64,000 nt of DNA from positions 26,474,001 to 26,538,000 of the forward strand of contig OZ365114.1 in the NCBI GenBank assembly GCA_977030845.1. Direction: 5' to 3'. The notes under the pieces are model-generated. The model was not told the DNA's origin, did no database searches, and saw only the letters and a program-made list of their open reading frames with translations. This stretch comes from Fimbriosthenelais zetlandica. Taxonomy: Eukaryota. A program made the position numbers and the translations under genes. How positions within the stretch are numbered: position 1 is the first letter of the stretch; each line of letters opens with the position of its first letter. This document shows, in pieces, positions 25,837 to 41,462 of this stretch.

Positions 25837-28800
25837 CTGACATGTCTGATATCTCCATAATCTGGAATACGGCAGTAAACCATAAAAAGATGCTTTTAAA
25901 TAATCTTTCCCGGGAAGGATAGGACGCTGCCTTCCTGCTACATAACTATGAATTATTGAAGGAAAGTAAAAGAGACCTTTTAGGCAAGAGTAGTAGGCGG
26001 GGGTTGGAGCGAGCTTCTATATTGGCATCAGTGGGGGCACTGAAGTGACTTTTATGACCTTAAGTCACATCATTTTGTTGACCTAGGACTGAACTATTTG
26101 ATGGCATTATATAGTTAGCGATCCCAAGTATCTACAGAGATCCCCAAACCCATCCAGGTAGATCTATATTTATACTATCCTGCAGTGAGTAATTTTAATG
26201 ATTATAAAATTATTCATGTTCTAATGCATATTTCTCGGTCCGATTTCTACCTCTAAACTTTCATGAGGTGCAAAGTTGATAATCCCTGAAGCTTGACATC
26301 TAATTTCTAGACGTTTATGTTTAATAGTTTGGGAGCAAAACCTGTGAAATATGGAACTAGATGACACCGGAAGTGTACAAGAGTTAATCAATGGCATACG
26401 CCACTTCACGTAGAAGCCAAAAAGCCAATGCTGTAACAGGAAATGATAAAAATAATGGCGATTAAAACTATCCCCTTAATGCGACACATTACTCTAGAAC
26501 TCTTAGATAAACAAACAAAAGCTAAAAACACACACTTTTATTGTGAAAAAGAGGTTGCTTTTGACTGCATGTTGGCGGGTAGTAATAGGAAACAGGGTCC
26601 ATTTGTAGATATTAATGTGGCGGGTTGGAGCATGCAAGGGGAACCCTGTGGACGTTTAGCTATCATGTGTAATCATGTTACAGCATCATGTCAACCGCAC
26701 CAGGCCTAGATGCACCTCATCACGCCCATTCCACATTACACAGTCCCCCGTCGATGACTATTTTTGGGGATGTTCAGTGGAGGTTTGGGTTAAAAATGAC
26801 CTCAAACCCTGCGGAAATAAAAGTTTGCGCCCGGATTATTCCTGCTACTATTTCACTGGGGGAAATGCAGATGCTATTTCTGTTGTTACATTAGGATAGT
26901 TTTTCAGCTGGAATTAGTTAAATTAGGTTGTTTATTGGCATTGAGTTTAGGCTGTCCTAATTGATAGTTTCCACTTCGGCTGGAGGCAATAATGGCAGGG
27001 AAGAAAGCAATTGTGCTTCATTTCCTTGATGGTTTCATCATAGTGCACGTTTCCTTCTATTGATACTGCAATATACTGGAGTTTGGTTTGTTCAATATAT
27101 GAACTTAATGATTGTCAGTTTGAATATAATGAAAGGGTCAAATTAATTGGTCAAATTTTATATCAAATCTGATATTTTCAAGTCCATAGGTGATACTAAA
27201 ATAGAGAGGGATGCATTTATATGATGAATTCAGAGTAAGTCCATAATAATCAGAGCCTATGGTGAAGCCATTTTTTCTGGCAAAAATAGAGCGAAAAAAT
27301 CAGAAATAGATAAGGCATTTCAATCCGTCATTCCTACAGATACTAGTATATCACGAGATAGGGTGCTCAAGCAAGGCCAACTAGTCTTTTAACACCTGGG
27401 TATATACCCATTTATTATATATCATTATTATATATTCCCTCTATATATATGGTATATACATATACCAAAATGGCTTCCCACATCAGACACGCCTAAACCC
27501 TCCCCTGACGCGATCCAAACCGGTCATATGAATACATAATCACAATCAATATCCAAAAATTCCATCTACAATGTCTAAATTAAAAATGAGCGAAACATCG
27601 GTTCAGTAATGGGATCATGCCCTTGTGCTGTATATAGAGAAAACAATAAAAATACAATTTAATCATTGTTAATCCCAATATTTGACCAGCTTCTACTTTA
27701 ATAGCGCAGCTGACACACCTGTGTGTGCTGTAGGCTTCATTGTCATGCATGTAGGACTACGAGGAACAAATCCAGATTTTTTAAAGCAATCACCTTCAAC
27801 TGATGGGATGGACTTTTATCCTTTGTACATATATTGCCAATATGAAATTCTATCCCCTATATGTACTTTTTCATCACGTTTGTTAATATAGTGGCGTATT
27901 AAGTCATAAACATCAACAAAAATATTCCCTCAAAGTAACCTGAGTATATGGAGTCCCTAATAGGTAATACATACATTTTTCATTAAATTGTATGTTCAAT
28001 TATTCATGTAAAGCATGGATTGACATTTGATTTTAGACTACCTGAGCATTTCACATTTATAACAGGACCTTTTATAGGTACTTGCTGACAAAACTAGATT
28101 ATGTTCCTGGAAAGACTCTATTAGCAGCCAGTCTATCGACTGTTTCGCTATTAAAAAGCTGGCCTATAGACACCCTAGCAAAGCTGCCCTGGATCTAATG
28201 AATTATTTTCATTCCGGTATATCTGCATTAGCTGAGATTGAAATCTGCTTAATTGGAGTATACTAAGTGACTCATTGGAAAGGTCTGCTGTCCTCAATCA
28301 CGACCAATCCATGCTTTAACCTTATCATATCAGCATTGTATCATTCAACCAATGGTGGCATTATGAAAGTTATTGTCACCACTGTCAGTCACTGTCAGAA
28401 GCCTACTGACCACAGTGTATTCAAAAGCACCCAAACTTTTCAAATGTCCAATTATGAAATTCCAAAACCTAACAGATACAAAGGAGATAAAATTGAAAAT
28501 TTGAACTCACCATTATACTCATTATGAGGGGTTAATTCTATACTATTCCACCTGTCCGACCACCAGTACCACCGCCACGTATCCAAATCAAAGAGGTAGT
28601 TAAAGTTGAAATAATCCAATCACAGGTGTGGTATAGGTAGAGGTGTAGCCACCAGTTGATTGGTGCAGGAGGGGAAAGAGCAATGCCCCCGCCCACGGAG
28701 CTTTATCACACCTTGAACTCTCATTGACGCAGGTTGCACGGGCAATTGGAGGTGCGTGTGTGCGTGGCCGTGTGTGTGAAAGCCAATGCACGCCTGTGTG

Positions 28801-31800
28801 GGTGCATGGGTGGGTTTAGGATTATGGAGTTGTCAGACAAGGTAGTTGAATGGGTGTGTGGATGAGTTGGATAGTGGGGGGATGGGTTTGGGGGTTGGGG
28901 TGGGTCGTCTAGGGGAGGGGAGGGGGTTATTGGAAATGTGAATTTTATTGAACTAATGTCGTAACAAATGTCCCATGTCTTCTTCACTATGAACATGGCT
29001 TTTTGGAGACAGAAATGAACATTCGTTAACACTGTCCGTTGGGCCTCTGATTGGACATTCAACAATTTTTGCTCTTGATTTAAACTGTATTTTATGGCGG
29101 GATTTAAACGGATTTTCCTATCTCAGAAGTGCCCCGAAAAAGATGCATCCACTTAGAGTGAGACAATATAAAGTTTAGGGCATCATTTTATTGGATATTC
29201 TCCATGGATTCTGATTGGGAAAACAGTATAGGAAGCGATGAGGTACACCTTTAGAAGCTTTAAAAAGTATAGCATGTTTAGTGATAGGCTACAAGTTGTG
29301 TTAGTTTCTGAATCGATGAATGAAATATTCATGTGGACTGTCATAGGTGTGGACAGGTGAGACCGGCAATACATCATGACGGGAGGGGAGTAAAGGGGAC
29401 ATCTAATATCACCCCCATATCCCCTATTTGTTTTTATTTAATTATATACTTCAACTCATTTGTCTATGTGCCTTAATATTTCCATTTTAACCCTATTTTC
29501 CATGGGAATAGACATCCAATATCGGAAGGTAATTTAGGAATGAAATCTAAACTACAAAGCAAAAATAGATATACATATAGACTACAGGCATTCAAGCCTT
29601 AACTATTTCTGTCCCGTTCATCATGCACCATCCACCCACACCCACCCCTTATGTATCACCCACATTCGAGGACCTAAAGTCTCTCAGACCACACATAATA
29701 CACTGAAAATATGAATTACACAGAGGGTCCTGTAACATTTACAGACCTCTATGGGATCAAATTAAAGTTCTGTAAAAAGGATTAGGAAAATACAGGACCC
29801 TTGAAAAATTCTAAAAAAAATGCCAAGGGGACCAGGGTTGTACCCTTACAGGCCCGCCCCTTTTGGATGTACATGTATACCTGTGATAAGTCTCCACTTT
29901 CACCCCATACCAACCCTTTATTGCATCACCCTTCCTCACTTTCTGCCCACACTCATCCCTTTAATGTATTACTCTAACATTAATCCACGTTTTCTGTGCC
30001 ACTGCTGGCCTGGACTGTAATAACCATTATGGACAAGATCAGCAAAAAGAACATCCTGAAAATAAACCATTACACCTAATAGTGTCAGAGAGTAATAAAT
30101 TACTATTACATCCCTCTCATGCTGACGACCTCCCTCCCCAAATGACAGGCTTCTCCTCTGTGTCCTTTTAAACATTAATATGATGGTCAACATTAGATAT
30201 AATTTCGCTTAATAACACATCATCACGCGACGAAATAATGCTCGTTAACTTGTATTATTGTAAACATTACATTTCCCCGCACAGTGAGGGTAATATGTTG
30301 GAACTGATATGTCTCGAATCTTCTAAAGAACTTTTATGAGAACAGAGTCATTTTCGGTTTATTGGCGAGTTATTCCAACCTATTATTGCAGCCTATTCAA
30401 CCCTACAGGGATGAATTCATGTTGTATACACTTTCATCATCTTTCTGCATCAAAGTATCGATCTCCTTTTTCTAATAATTAATGAAGTATATCACCTTTT
30501 CCTCGATAAAAATTGGTGTCCACAAAATAAAAAAATAGTATTGTCGTCATAATATTGACAAACAATTGGATAAAAATGCCTTGGCTGTCAGTACATTGAT
30601 TTATTGAATTATTGAGACAATGGAGACAATCTGTGTGTCAGTATGCTTGTACCAGGAATAGCTGAAAGTGAATGCATTATCTCTCTGTATAATTCATTCA
30701 TTGTAAAATATGAATAATCATCTCTGTGCATTAGATCAGTTGTCTATACCACGTAGTATATATGTCTGGTAGAGATAGATATAGGTAGCTAATTACCATG
30801 ATGTACCTGGCTGAACTAGACCGAGCTTACATCCAGGGTGCTTATATCCTATAATGATGGATTAATTATAAATGAGGTTTTGCCGGGGATCATAGAGCAG
30901 AAATAATTTGTCGCGATGTAAAGGATGGGGTCATATCAGAGGTATTACTGAGTTGACTTCAACATCAGTAATGCTTCCAATGATCGACTCACATGCAACT
31001 TGGCCTACCTGTAATTTCATACAACCCACCTTGGGTTTTTTCACCAAAATTGTTCACCAATATCCAACACGTAATTTCCTAAGGGCAGTGGTGATTTCAT
31101 TTTAAAAAAACATGCATGCTCAAGGATTTGTAATATCTCATCACAATCAAAATATGAAATTAAAAATCAAAATTTCAATTTTTCTGATCTGTTCTTTTGG
31201 TCAAAGTTAATTAAGAAAAGCAACCTCACAGAATTCTTAAGTTTCATTTGGGTCTACTCAGCAAAAATCTGATTAAACCCTCTGCAAATCGTGGGCGTTG
31301 AATAACTGGCAAGTCTTAATTTCAGAGGAAAGATGAAGCTGATTTCAAATTTAACACGTTGCCCGATTTTTTCTTCATTTTGACAGCTTTGCACAATTCG
31401 ATTTCAGAAATTGGATGTTAGTTCATTTCATAAGCATTTTATAATCAAGATACTTGATTGTGATTATGCAAAAACAGGTCGTACTTGATTGGGTGATCAC
31501 TGCGAGTAAAAGTACACAGCAAGTGCTCTCTCACTCAACATTTAATGCCGCTGATCGCATATAATTATTACCCGATTGAAAAGCGATCAAGTATGGATGA
31601 TGGATTGATGTCAATCTTCTATTTAGCAGTGGTTTCATTATTAACATTGAAATGTATACAAACATCGCATTGAAATCCACTAGCTTGTCTCCCTAAATCA
31701 TTCCCTTGTATTACTAAATTGTTCATGTAAAATGCATTATTATGAATAATGTGCCTTATCATTAATATATGCCTAATCATTTATTTCTAAACCATCCTGA

Positions 31801-33432
31801 TGATATATAGCTTAAGTCACATGAATGATGGTTATCTTCGTTATGAACACATTATTATTTTAAAATCCCACAAGTAAAAAGTGGGTAGGTGTAGGTAAAT
31901 CTAGTAGTTTGGAGAAGTTCACGAACTTTTGAAGTAGCATGGAATGAGTGAGGATGAGGTGGTGAGAATAAAGACCATTCATCTTTTCACAGTTATCAGA
32001 TTCCCTTCGCACCCCGGCGCCACCCCGAGGTTACCTCCTACCTTTAACCGGTACCAGGAGTTAGCCTCTAACATGCTCCAGGGTGGTGGACCACTATCTA
32101 TCTCATCTCAAATAGATACAAACAATATATTACCATTACCAATAAACACATCCTCACCTAGATCAAGTCTGCTTTTAATCTACACCTTCTTACCAATAGA
32201 TATGAAGCTGAGGTATCTTGATTTCCAACCATGGAGAAAGCGCTTCTTTCATCTAATTAGATGGTGGAGGGAGGGAGGAGGTGGGCAAATAGATGCGATG
32301 GCAAATGCAAGTGTAGGTATGCATGAAATCAGGATGTTTAGTTCCCTTTTCATGCGTGATGAGATATTTTTAAAAGTTAAAACTTTGTCTGAATTAAAAT
32401 AAATCGACAGGGAATCGACAGAAGCAATTATTACTACTTCAAGTCCTATTCTAAATAATGACTTAAAATGACATTGAAATGGCTATATTATAAATCATAT
32501 GGGCAAGGACAGTCATATCCATGCAGAAATAATTGCAAGGTTAGCTTGACTGTTCCAATGAGTAGAAAGTTCCAAACTTTAATATTTTCTGTTTAGCCTC
32601 AAATTTATCAGGGGCAAGCATCCATACTTTATATTTTTTATGGTTACATGTAATAGCAATGTAGTTTTAAAGTACACCAGTAAAACATCAGATTATGTTC
32701 CTGCTGCTTCCATGCTATAAAGTGACGCTCGTTGCCCTAGGCCTATCAAGCTTTATATATACGAACCAGCATTACAGGGGGAAGGACTGGGGGTGGTATA
32801 GGGCTATGTTGTAAATATTCCACATGCTCAAGAAATTAGGCACCGATTCGTAGCTCAGCAAGGGGGCCGGCTTAGATTAAGTGAAAATGTGCAAGCACAG
32901 CATTCTTGGATGGAAACGATAACAAATGTTAGATCTTGTTAACATTCCATCTATCCTGGCTTATCATTGCTTGTGTGCAGTGATAACCGAGCCAGAGCAG
33001 AGGCGGGCTTATTTGTCAGTGAAAGTATCAATTATATATTTTATAATATATTAAAAATGTTTTCCTTTGGTTAACTCATGTTTAGGAGACTATAATAGAC
33101 AGGTTCTACTCTGTAGAGCGCATCCATTGTGGAGAGTGCTGTGCGTCATTCTAAATTCTAAAACTAGTATTGCAATTGGAGATTTATGCACGATATTAGA
33201 TACTTTCTACTTCAAAAATATTCATTAAAGTTGAAGCTACATATGGGCACACATTTTAGAATAGTCACGAAGCCAAAATATAAAGTGGATAAACCATGGG
33301 AACGAAAACAAAGGGTCAATTGTACGACGCGCGTCATATTCTAGACGAAGCACTGCACGAAAGTGGGTTGTGACTGCTCGTTGATTGTCCCAGCATTGCG
33401 CTCACCTGCAGAACACATTTATTCCCACCTAA

Positions 33433-33646
33433 TGGCGGGGTCACATCGAAGCGATTTTTGCTCGCACTCTGAGCTTTCATAAAAAGCCTATGGAAATTGT
33501 ATAAAAAGTATAGGTCTACAAGTATTCCATAATTATAAAATAGACGCGGGATGGAAAAAGCACTTACAAGCGCTTGGATGGTGAAGACACTTTTCTTTTT
33601 ATGAAATGCCGCGGTGCGCCGTAAACGCTTTGGTGTGTTCGTACTA
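33433..33646. mobile_element. Possible old MITE with degenerate terminal inverted repeats
   Basis: Left cacatcgaagcgatttttgctcgcac...tttcataaaaag resembles the reverse complement of the right end (cacaccaaagcgtttacggcgcac...tttcataaaaag). taa precedes the left end. Many mismatches. Confidence 0.45.
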
Positions 33647-36600
33647 TGTGTATGTTTCCCTTATACCAAACAAATAATTTTTGCTTGTTCTTTTTCGCTC
33701 TCATTGTCTTAAAGATTACAGAAACCTGATATTTGGTATCTCAAGTAAATTTATACACGGAAAACAACCATTTTGAACAGAGCTGATCTTTGGGATTTTT
33801 TCGGTAGCATTTTTCAAGCAAACGGTGTCTGTTAGTTCCCCTAGCTGTGATAAAATCCTCCCCGTATAACCGATCCCATCCCACTCCGGCTCACATTCCC
33901 CGGCCGGAACCCACAATGTAAGCCTCTATCACGCCTTCTATATGATGGCTCCACTTCCGTCTGGTGTTTCTTTGCCTAGCAACTGAGACATGAACTATCT
34001 GATTGGCTTATAGGAAGCGAGCCCCTGATATCGTTCACTTCCCTCTTCAATACCATCCGGAATCCATAGCCTCACACTCCGGATCTTACCCTGATTTCTC
34101 TGAAATCTTATCTTATTCATCAGGAAATTATACTGTTCACATTATGTTTTTTCATTTCCTAGAAACGACTTCCATTACTGATGATATTTTTCTCAAGTGA
34201 TGAAGAACACTGTCGCAGTGTCTGGCGGCGCGATACTTGTACTTGGAAAATCATTTAATATTTGACATATGGAAAGGAAACTTTCCTATAAATTGTTGTC
34301 GAATTTTAAAATAATGCTCACGTTTAAAGTTCAATCTACTCAAGTTCAGTTTGGAGAGGGGATTGGGAAACTAGTGTCATTTACATAACAGTAAATACCG
34401 TAATTGAAGTACGGTAGTATTTAGAATCAGTACAAAGTAAAGACATTGTTTCTGACACTATTTAGCGTATGGATGTTGCAAAGACCTATTTACATCCAAT
34501 GTGAATGTTTTCCATCTCCATCTTTCATTTTTCATTTTCCATTTTCTCATTCACTGAGAGAGCCAGAGAAGCAGAGGGAGGGAAAAAACAGGACCAGAGA
34601 GGAATGAGTAAGCCACATAAAAGAAGACCCCTTTTTATCTGAAAGTTGTTGTTACAAAGTTAAATGTTGTTGGATTACAAGATTGCATGCATGTAAATGT
34701 ACATGGGTATAATGTGTTTCCTGCCCCAAGGCCTGTGTGTTTATGAAGCAAAGTTTATTAAATGGATGCTATCACTTGTAGGTCAAGGGATGGATAGCCT
34801 CCGTGGAGGTCAGTGCATCAAAGTGGCATCCCTTTCACGAGCATTGTTGTGATAATAAAACTCTAAAAATGCGTCAAATTCTTCCCAAATAATCTTCAAT
34901 TTGCTACGATTTAGGGTTTTGTTCTTCATTCTGACTAACCCCCATAGGTCTTCATCCTTGGACAGACTTAGCATTATTGCCATGAGAGGGCATATAAGCG
35001 TAAGATTACCAGGGATGTCTGAGTCAGACCAGTTTCCAAGAATCTTGTTTTGGATGTTAGTGGCGTCTTGGTCTGGAGCCCCTCCCCTATTATAGCCACT
35101 GAGTCTCCTTTATACTTGATTACCTGCCTCAGAGTGCCATCCAAACATAAGTATCTTCCCATCAAAGCTACATCACTGTTATGAATGTTATAGGTCTACC
35201 TTATCTGAGTTTCCAGGAAACACTAAAGGTTTCCATAGTAACACTGACCTTCTAATCTTGTCTGCCATCCAAGGGAATCTGTTCTTGTCGTGTGAAAGCA
35301 TGCAAAATCTTCACTTCTTCTCAGAACTTCATTTAAGTGTTTTTTTATGACGCAAAGTGCCATGTCCTAGGAATAAAACGTAGGATATTATTCAAACCAA
35401 TTTCTACCTGACTCATGATTTAAGTTCATCATATTCAAAGTAAAAACAATTTGCAATTATGTGTAAAGAATGTTGATGGAATGGACATTCAGGGCCATTA
35501 TGATGATAACAAAAACTGGCATTGCTTCTATTGTTGCAAATCGATTATATATTACTTATTAATGACGAAATTGACATCAAAACATAACAAAAGGGAATGA
35601 ATGAATGAACTGGCTTGACAGCTGGTATCCTAAAATGATCAGGACAATCGATAGATAGATAAAGATCCATCCAGGCCTAGTCTAAAGCATTGCGTCACCC
35701 GTGTTACTTTTTAAATGAGATCCATCAATATCAGGAAACAAGATTAGAATTCCCAATCCACTGATCACTATACACCCGTACCAACTCTCTATCATACAAA
35801 AGCTGCCCTTCTCTATGTTTGGAAAGGGTACAGTCCTGCTTCCACACACAAAATCTGCATGATCTCAAAAGAGAGAGAAAAAAAGTATGAACAATAACAT
35901 CCCCCAATGGCTCATTATACATGTTGGAATGGGTACGAGTGGCAGCCTTTTATGGTGTCGATCGGTTTATAAATATTTGAGAGGAGTTTCGGGGAATCGA
36001 TGTTCAGGGGAATAGGTAAGCACAAGGACAAGTTGACAATAGAAGCATTGAAGGGTGCGGTAGGCAACTCTCCCTCTTGGATCAACATCCAAAGCCACAA
36101 TAACTCATTTTCGTATTCATGGTTGATTGAAGACAATATTATATTTATTTGATATTGTTGTGTCGGGAGTGATGTCCTGCTCAAATGAGATTGTGCTTTG
36201 CACAGGACTACATACATAATCACAGAATATAAACTCTGCACGGGTTGTAATGAAATCTGCTCGGGAAAGATCTGCTAAGGACAGGAGCTCCATGGGATTC
36301 TAATCTGCAGGGAACATAATCTCTTTGGTATGAACATTCATGCAGTAGTAAATAATTGTTGATTGATTTGTTCATTGATATTAAAATTAGAGAGCTTTTC
36401 AACCCTTGTCTTAACCACGGAGAAACACTGCATGAAAATGGGTCGAGGCTGCCGGTTTATTGTCTCAACATTGCGCCTCCTGACAGGATTCTTCCCAACA
36501 GAATCTTCTCAGTCCCCTGTCCACATAAAGCCTTGGACGTAAACCCTGGTCCATGCAGCATGTAGCCATCACTCTATGAATGAAACGTTAGAAAGAAAAT

Positions 36601-39600
36601 GTTTCATTGACAGAAAATCGTCAATAGGCATCACCTTGCGAAAGCTGATGATATGAAATCATTTTAGCAGACTATCATAGAACTATAATCTATATCTGGT
36701 TGGAACAATCTTCTGTCTATTCCAGCTCATAACAACAACTATTATTATATTATATGTGTCCCAGTCTCCAATACTTGAGGGATGAGAGCCAGACATGTGC
36801 TGTGTAAGCTGAGTTGACTCTTTGTAACCCATATGTCGGGTTAGAGATAACTGTGTGTATTGTGTATTTGAACGGGATGTATATTTACACAAAGGTGTAT
36901 TTATAATGCAGTTTACAATTCATGATTGTCTATGACATATGCTGGAATCTAGATTAAAAAACGAAAGACACAGACATAGATATAGAACAATTATAATTTA
37001 AAAAAAATAGATATCTGTGTATATAGACCTAATGTTCATTTTTATCAACTTTTTGTGACGTTAAACAACCGTACAATCACAATCAATCTCTACATTTTCC
37101 ATTTATTAGTTCCCCTCTTTACACCCTTACCACCCACATATCAGTAGTGTTAAAAGCATGTAATTCATTAGGAACCTTTCCTGCTGAGAGATCAAGGTAG
37201 TTCTTCTGACACGTGAAAGACACACAATCTGAACACATGTGGAGCACACGTACACTCAACTGTAGTTCTTAATCCAACACACGTCCAAAGAAACCCTGGT
37301 TCGCCTTGTCACCACATGCGGCGCCACCCGCATCTAGCACCATTGGTGGGCTGCTGCAAAACTGCCTTGGTTCAATGAGGAAACTCTTTCAGGCGAAGGT
37401 ATTACATATATTTCTTCTGAGGACACACTGCCCACTCTATGTAAGCTTCAAAATAATGTAAGTTTATATAAAAGTCCCCTGGGCCTCATCTATATCATCA
37501 ATGATTTAAATAATGGAACCTTGATTGATTGAGGAGTCTATCTAGTGGTTTTAAATCCCTATAGGGAAGGTGGTATATACTCACTAGCTGAATGTCTTCA
37601 TCAGTGGTCGGTTTCACAAAAGAAAACTTTATAAAGTCAGTTGTCTCTCTTCTATTACTTATGATGTGTTTCATAATTATTATGTTCCATAAAAACTCAC
37701 AAGAGAAGAGTTTATCTCTCCTTGGTAAAATCAATAAGATATCTTTAGTATGAGTATGGCTTGTTTTTCCCATTCATTACCATTACCCTGATGCTGACAG
37801 CTTCCATCCCCACTGCTGGTGTCTGGAGTATCAAAAATCACACCAACCACTGACATTCTTATTATGTCTTAATATACAGTGAGGTGTGGAGAGGGTACAC
37901 CCAGAGGACCGTGTTTTACTACCCCAGTCCCTCATATTACGACACTTACATCTGTGACAGAAGTGCCAACACTTTTCACAGATGCTGGTTTAATTTAGTA
38001 CAAATTTTCATATTGAGAATAGCTGTAGGATTGTAGAGATATTGGGAGGATTTCCCAGGTAGGAAAGCCCCTTTATATTCTCTTTCTACCTGTGCTTCAT
38101 TATCACCAGCTGGAAGTAGAGTTATCTGTCTTAATTTGTACCTGACACTTCAGCTCCTCTGTCCAGAATTGCTGACACTGCAGCAATAGAAGCAGATTGA
38201 GAGAGAGCTGCTCTTTGCCTGTCTGTCTACCTGCTCGGTCCAGCTCTATACTGAGCTTCTATAAATGGAAAGAAGCCCTATACCTAGATAAAACCTAGAT
38301 AAAAGCAATAGGTCACAGGGGTTAGGGGATGTGCCGTCCTTGTGGATTCTTTCAGGGCAATTCTTCTCATGTCAGAAGAAGGCGGCAACAATGACATATT
38401 AGGTCACCGTGTTTCAGATTTAAAGAGAATGTCCATCGGCAAATTGACTACCAGTGTGTCAAACTATTATACCCATACAAATATACCCCCACAATGTACG
38501 GAATACTACAAGATATGTACACCATTTATTGAAATGAGAGGATAATGTGAGGAGGGATGGATGGTGTCCTGTATGAATTCTTGTCCCAGTTGAGTATTAA
38601 AGAAACCATCAGATCTGCCTCCCACCCCCAAAAAAACCCTAACTTCAAGGAACTGATTTGTCAAAATAACGGGCCAGGACTACCTCTATTCTGTTAAAAA
38701 AATATCCCTTTGAATTCTTTTCTGCTATCAATAATTGAATCTGGAAGGGAAGTGTGTATCCGTCTGCCATAGGGGATTAGTGAGCCCCATGTTGCCACCT
38801 TTATAAGCCCACTATAGCCTACATACATGGGGTAGACGGGTAGACAATACTTCCTCCCGGGTATTACATTGATCCTACAGTCTGGGAGTCGATCACTGAC
38901 CTTCAGATTGAGGTCAAGGTCATGTATAGCCCCAAGGTCACGTTAGGGAAGAAGGAAGGGGGATATGGGAGTCTGGGGGTCGTAACTTTCTTGTGGAATA
39001 TCACAGGGAAATAGAAAGATGCGATGACTTTCTGTTAAAGGGACTGATATCAAATTGGATAGCAGGTTTTGCTATCAGTCTAACATACTTTCAGTAATAT
39101 TTACATTCATCTGCACATTGAAATTAATTTGTTTGTATAGTCATAAAAGTAAACTTAGTATGGAGGCGAAATATCCTATATGTACATGCCTTTAAGTCGA
39201 GGATAATTGAGGGAAAGTGCCAGTGGGACTTATTTGACCAATCTGGAAGAGATTAGGTCTCATGCACAATGATTGGTCCAATCAGCAAGCGGAGTGAAGT
39301 ACGAAACAAGCTCCATTTATTTAATGTAAAATCCTTCTCGTTACAAATGTAGTTAATACTTCCAGATTACATTTATTGCTTTCTATGGCAAGTACTCGCT
39401 ACTCGCAGAAGGCCATGTTAATTCGAAGATTTAATATTCTGAACGTATGGTTAAGAGGTATGGAAAAAGCAGCTGTGTAGATATGTCAATGTTAATATCA
39501 AAGTCCAATATGGTTAAAAAGTTAATGAGACTCGACACCCACATTCAGCGCACCTAAGTCATGGCTGAACTAGATTTGCAGCAGCAAATCCACCGCTCAT

Positions 39601-41462
39601 CCCATTCTGTACAAATTCATGCCATGTGCTCAGAAGAGCTCAGTCGTCTTCTTCAATTCCTGTTATATAGTCGTATGTCGGCCTAATTTTTGAGCCATTG
39701 AACGATGGAGGAAAGGAGGGAGGGATAGAGGGAGGGAAGGCCAGGAGGTGGGAGCCTGTGCTAGACATCCCAGGGGCCCAAATTACACCATGTTACCTCC
39801 AGAGTTAGCCACTAGGTGGGACTTGTAAAGAGACGAGAGACGAGAGAGCTGATTGGCTGATGCTTCTGCTCTCTTTTCTCCTACTTCACATTGCACATGC
39901 GCTGAATGAAGGATGTTCTGATTGGGTGACATTCTCAGATGAAAAGGTGGAGTGGCTTTGGTACGGTGTACATGGTTGGCTATAGGGAAAGTTCGAGATC
40001 GAAAGGATGGGGCTTTGAAAACGTATGCCACGGCTTTCAGATAAAGTACCATGACCCCGTTCTGTATAGTCATTAGCTAAAAATTGTTAGTTGAAAGCCA
40101 TCTCTCCCTAGCTTATATTTTTCTAGCGCTGCATTATTCCATCCAGCTTTAATAGATTTATAGAAAGCCTGAAGTAGATAAAAGGGTTCGGTTAGGGAAG
40201 ATAGCTTCACCTACAAGATAAGGGCAGCGTAAAAACTATAGCAGAAGAGCATGGCATGGTTCAGGCATTTGGGCAATAGGTTATGGGTTTAGTGTCTAAT
40301 CAAGAGATGGGAGAAATTAATAAGCACACAGCACCGCGTCTTCTACAAAGTGCATTCTTGTCCTGGGGCGATGTGCAGAGCTGGATCACTAGGGACTAAC
40401 CCAAGGCTTGCCGCCTTATAATTTTCCTCAGACCCTTGGGGCACACGGAACCAAAGTGGGTATCTATGCTAGTTTCCTGTCCGTCCAAATTAGACCCTTT
40501 TAAGGATTTTTCCCCATGTAAAAAGTATCCCTTTTCATTGGGAAATTGGGAGATCTTCCCAAGGAAGTCTCCCATGGTCAGAATACTATCACACACCAAA
40601 TAAGTCTATATATAGACTATAATGTGGCTAGCTTCTATCATTCTTTATTATTCCCCATTTTGGCATCGACGGGAGATCATTTCCTTGGCGTGGCACCCGT
40701 AATTCCGTATAAGACTAAGCTACATGCATACATGTGTACATTCCTTTTGCAAGTTACTTTGTTCTACATGGATGTTATTCAATTCCTTCTGGAATATCTC
40801 GGACGTACCCCAAACTCTGCATAGCCTCCTCTGCTAATATCCTCAGATCGGATACAATATCAATTGAAAAAGTTCTTATGCAACATTTCTACATTTGAAA
40901 GACACCAAAAATCAGTGTCATAAACATACGTGTAACACACATGCGGTTTCTGATTCTCAAAATGGCCGAACTGACGAGGAGGGACAAGACAAGGGATGAG
41001 AGGCGGCCACTTCATATCGACCATCGATGCCTGACCGACCATACAAAAATCAATTATATCGGTCAGCCAGATGGTCTAAAAATGGCCAAGTCATTATCTG
41101 AGGAAAGTATAGGGGTAACAATACCAACAAATCCACTGTCTGTCTATCATAATGTACTTAGCCGGCCTCTACCACTGTTGAACGTCTGGTAGGCTAGTGT
41201 TAAATGATGGGAGCGATGGAGAGGGAATTTATATTTTCTTCCTTTTCCAAAGAAATATATTGCCCATGCGGCAAAATGTATTAACTTAACATTCGCAAGC
41301 CATGCATGGATTTACGAGACATGGAATGTGGCAAGAGATTCCGGGAATGATGTCAGAATATCAAGTGGACACAGGTATTAAACTTTGCAAGAATTGTCAT
41401 CGAATATCCAATGGATATCTGTAGCGAGCTGGTCCACCAATAGGGTACCAACCAGGGATCAT

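Noticed and set aside
29724-29801. 11-bp inverted repeat (agggtcctgta/tacaggaccct) as a mini-transposon
   Set aside because: The arms do not extend, there is no target-site duplication, and no second copy occurs in the window.
31944-32402. 152-aa plus-strand ORF
   Set aside because: No recognisable motif, no convincing splice signals, and composition like the surrounding non-coding DNA.
33400-33420. Minus-strand ctgcag|gtgagc as a recursive splice site
   Set aside because: The polypyrimidine tract is weak and no host intron is established here.
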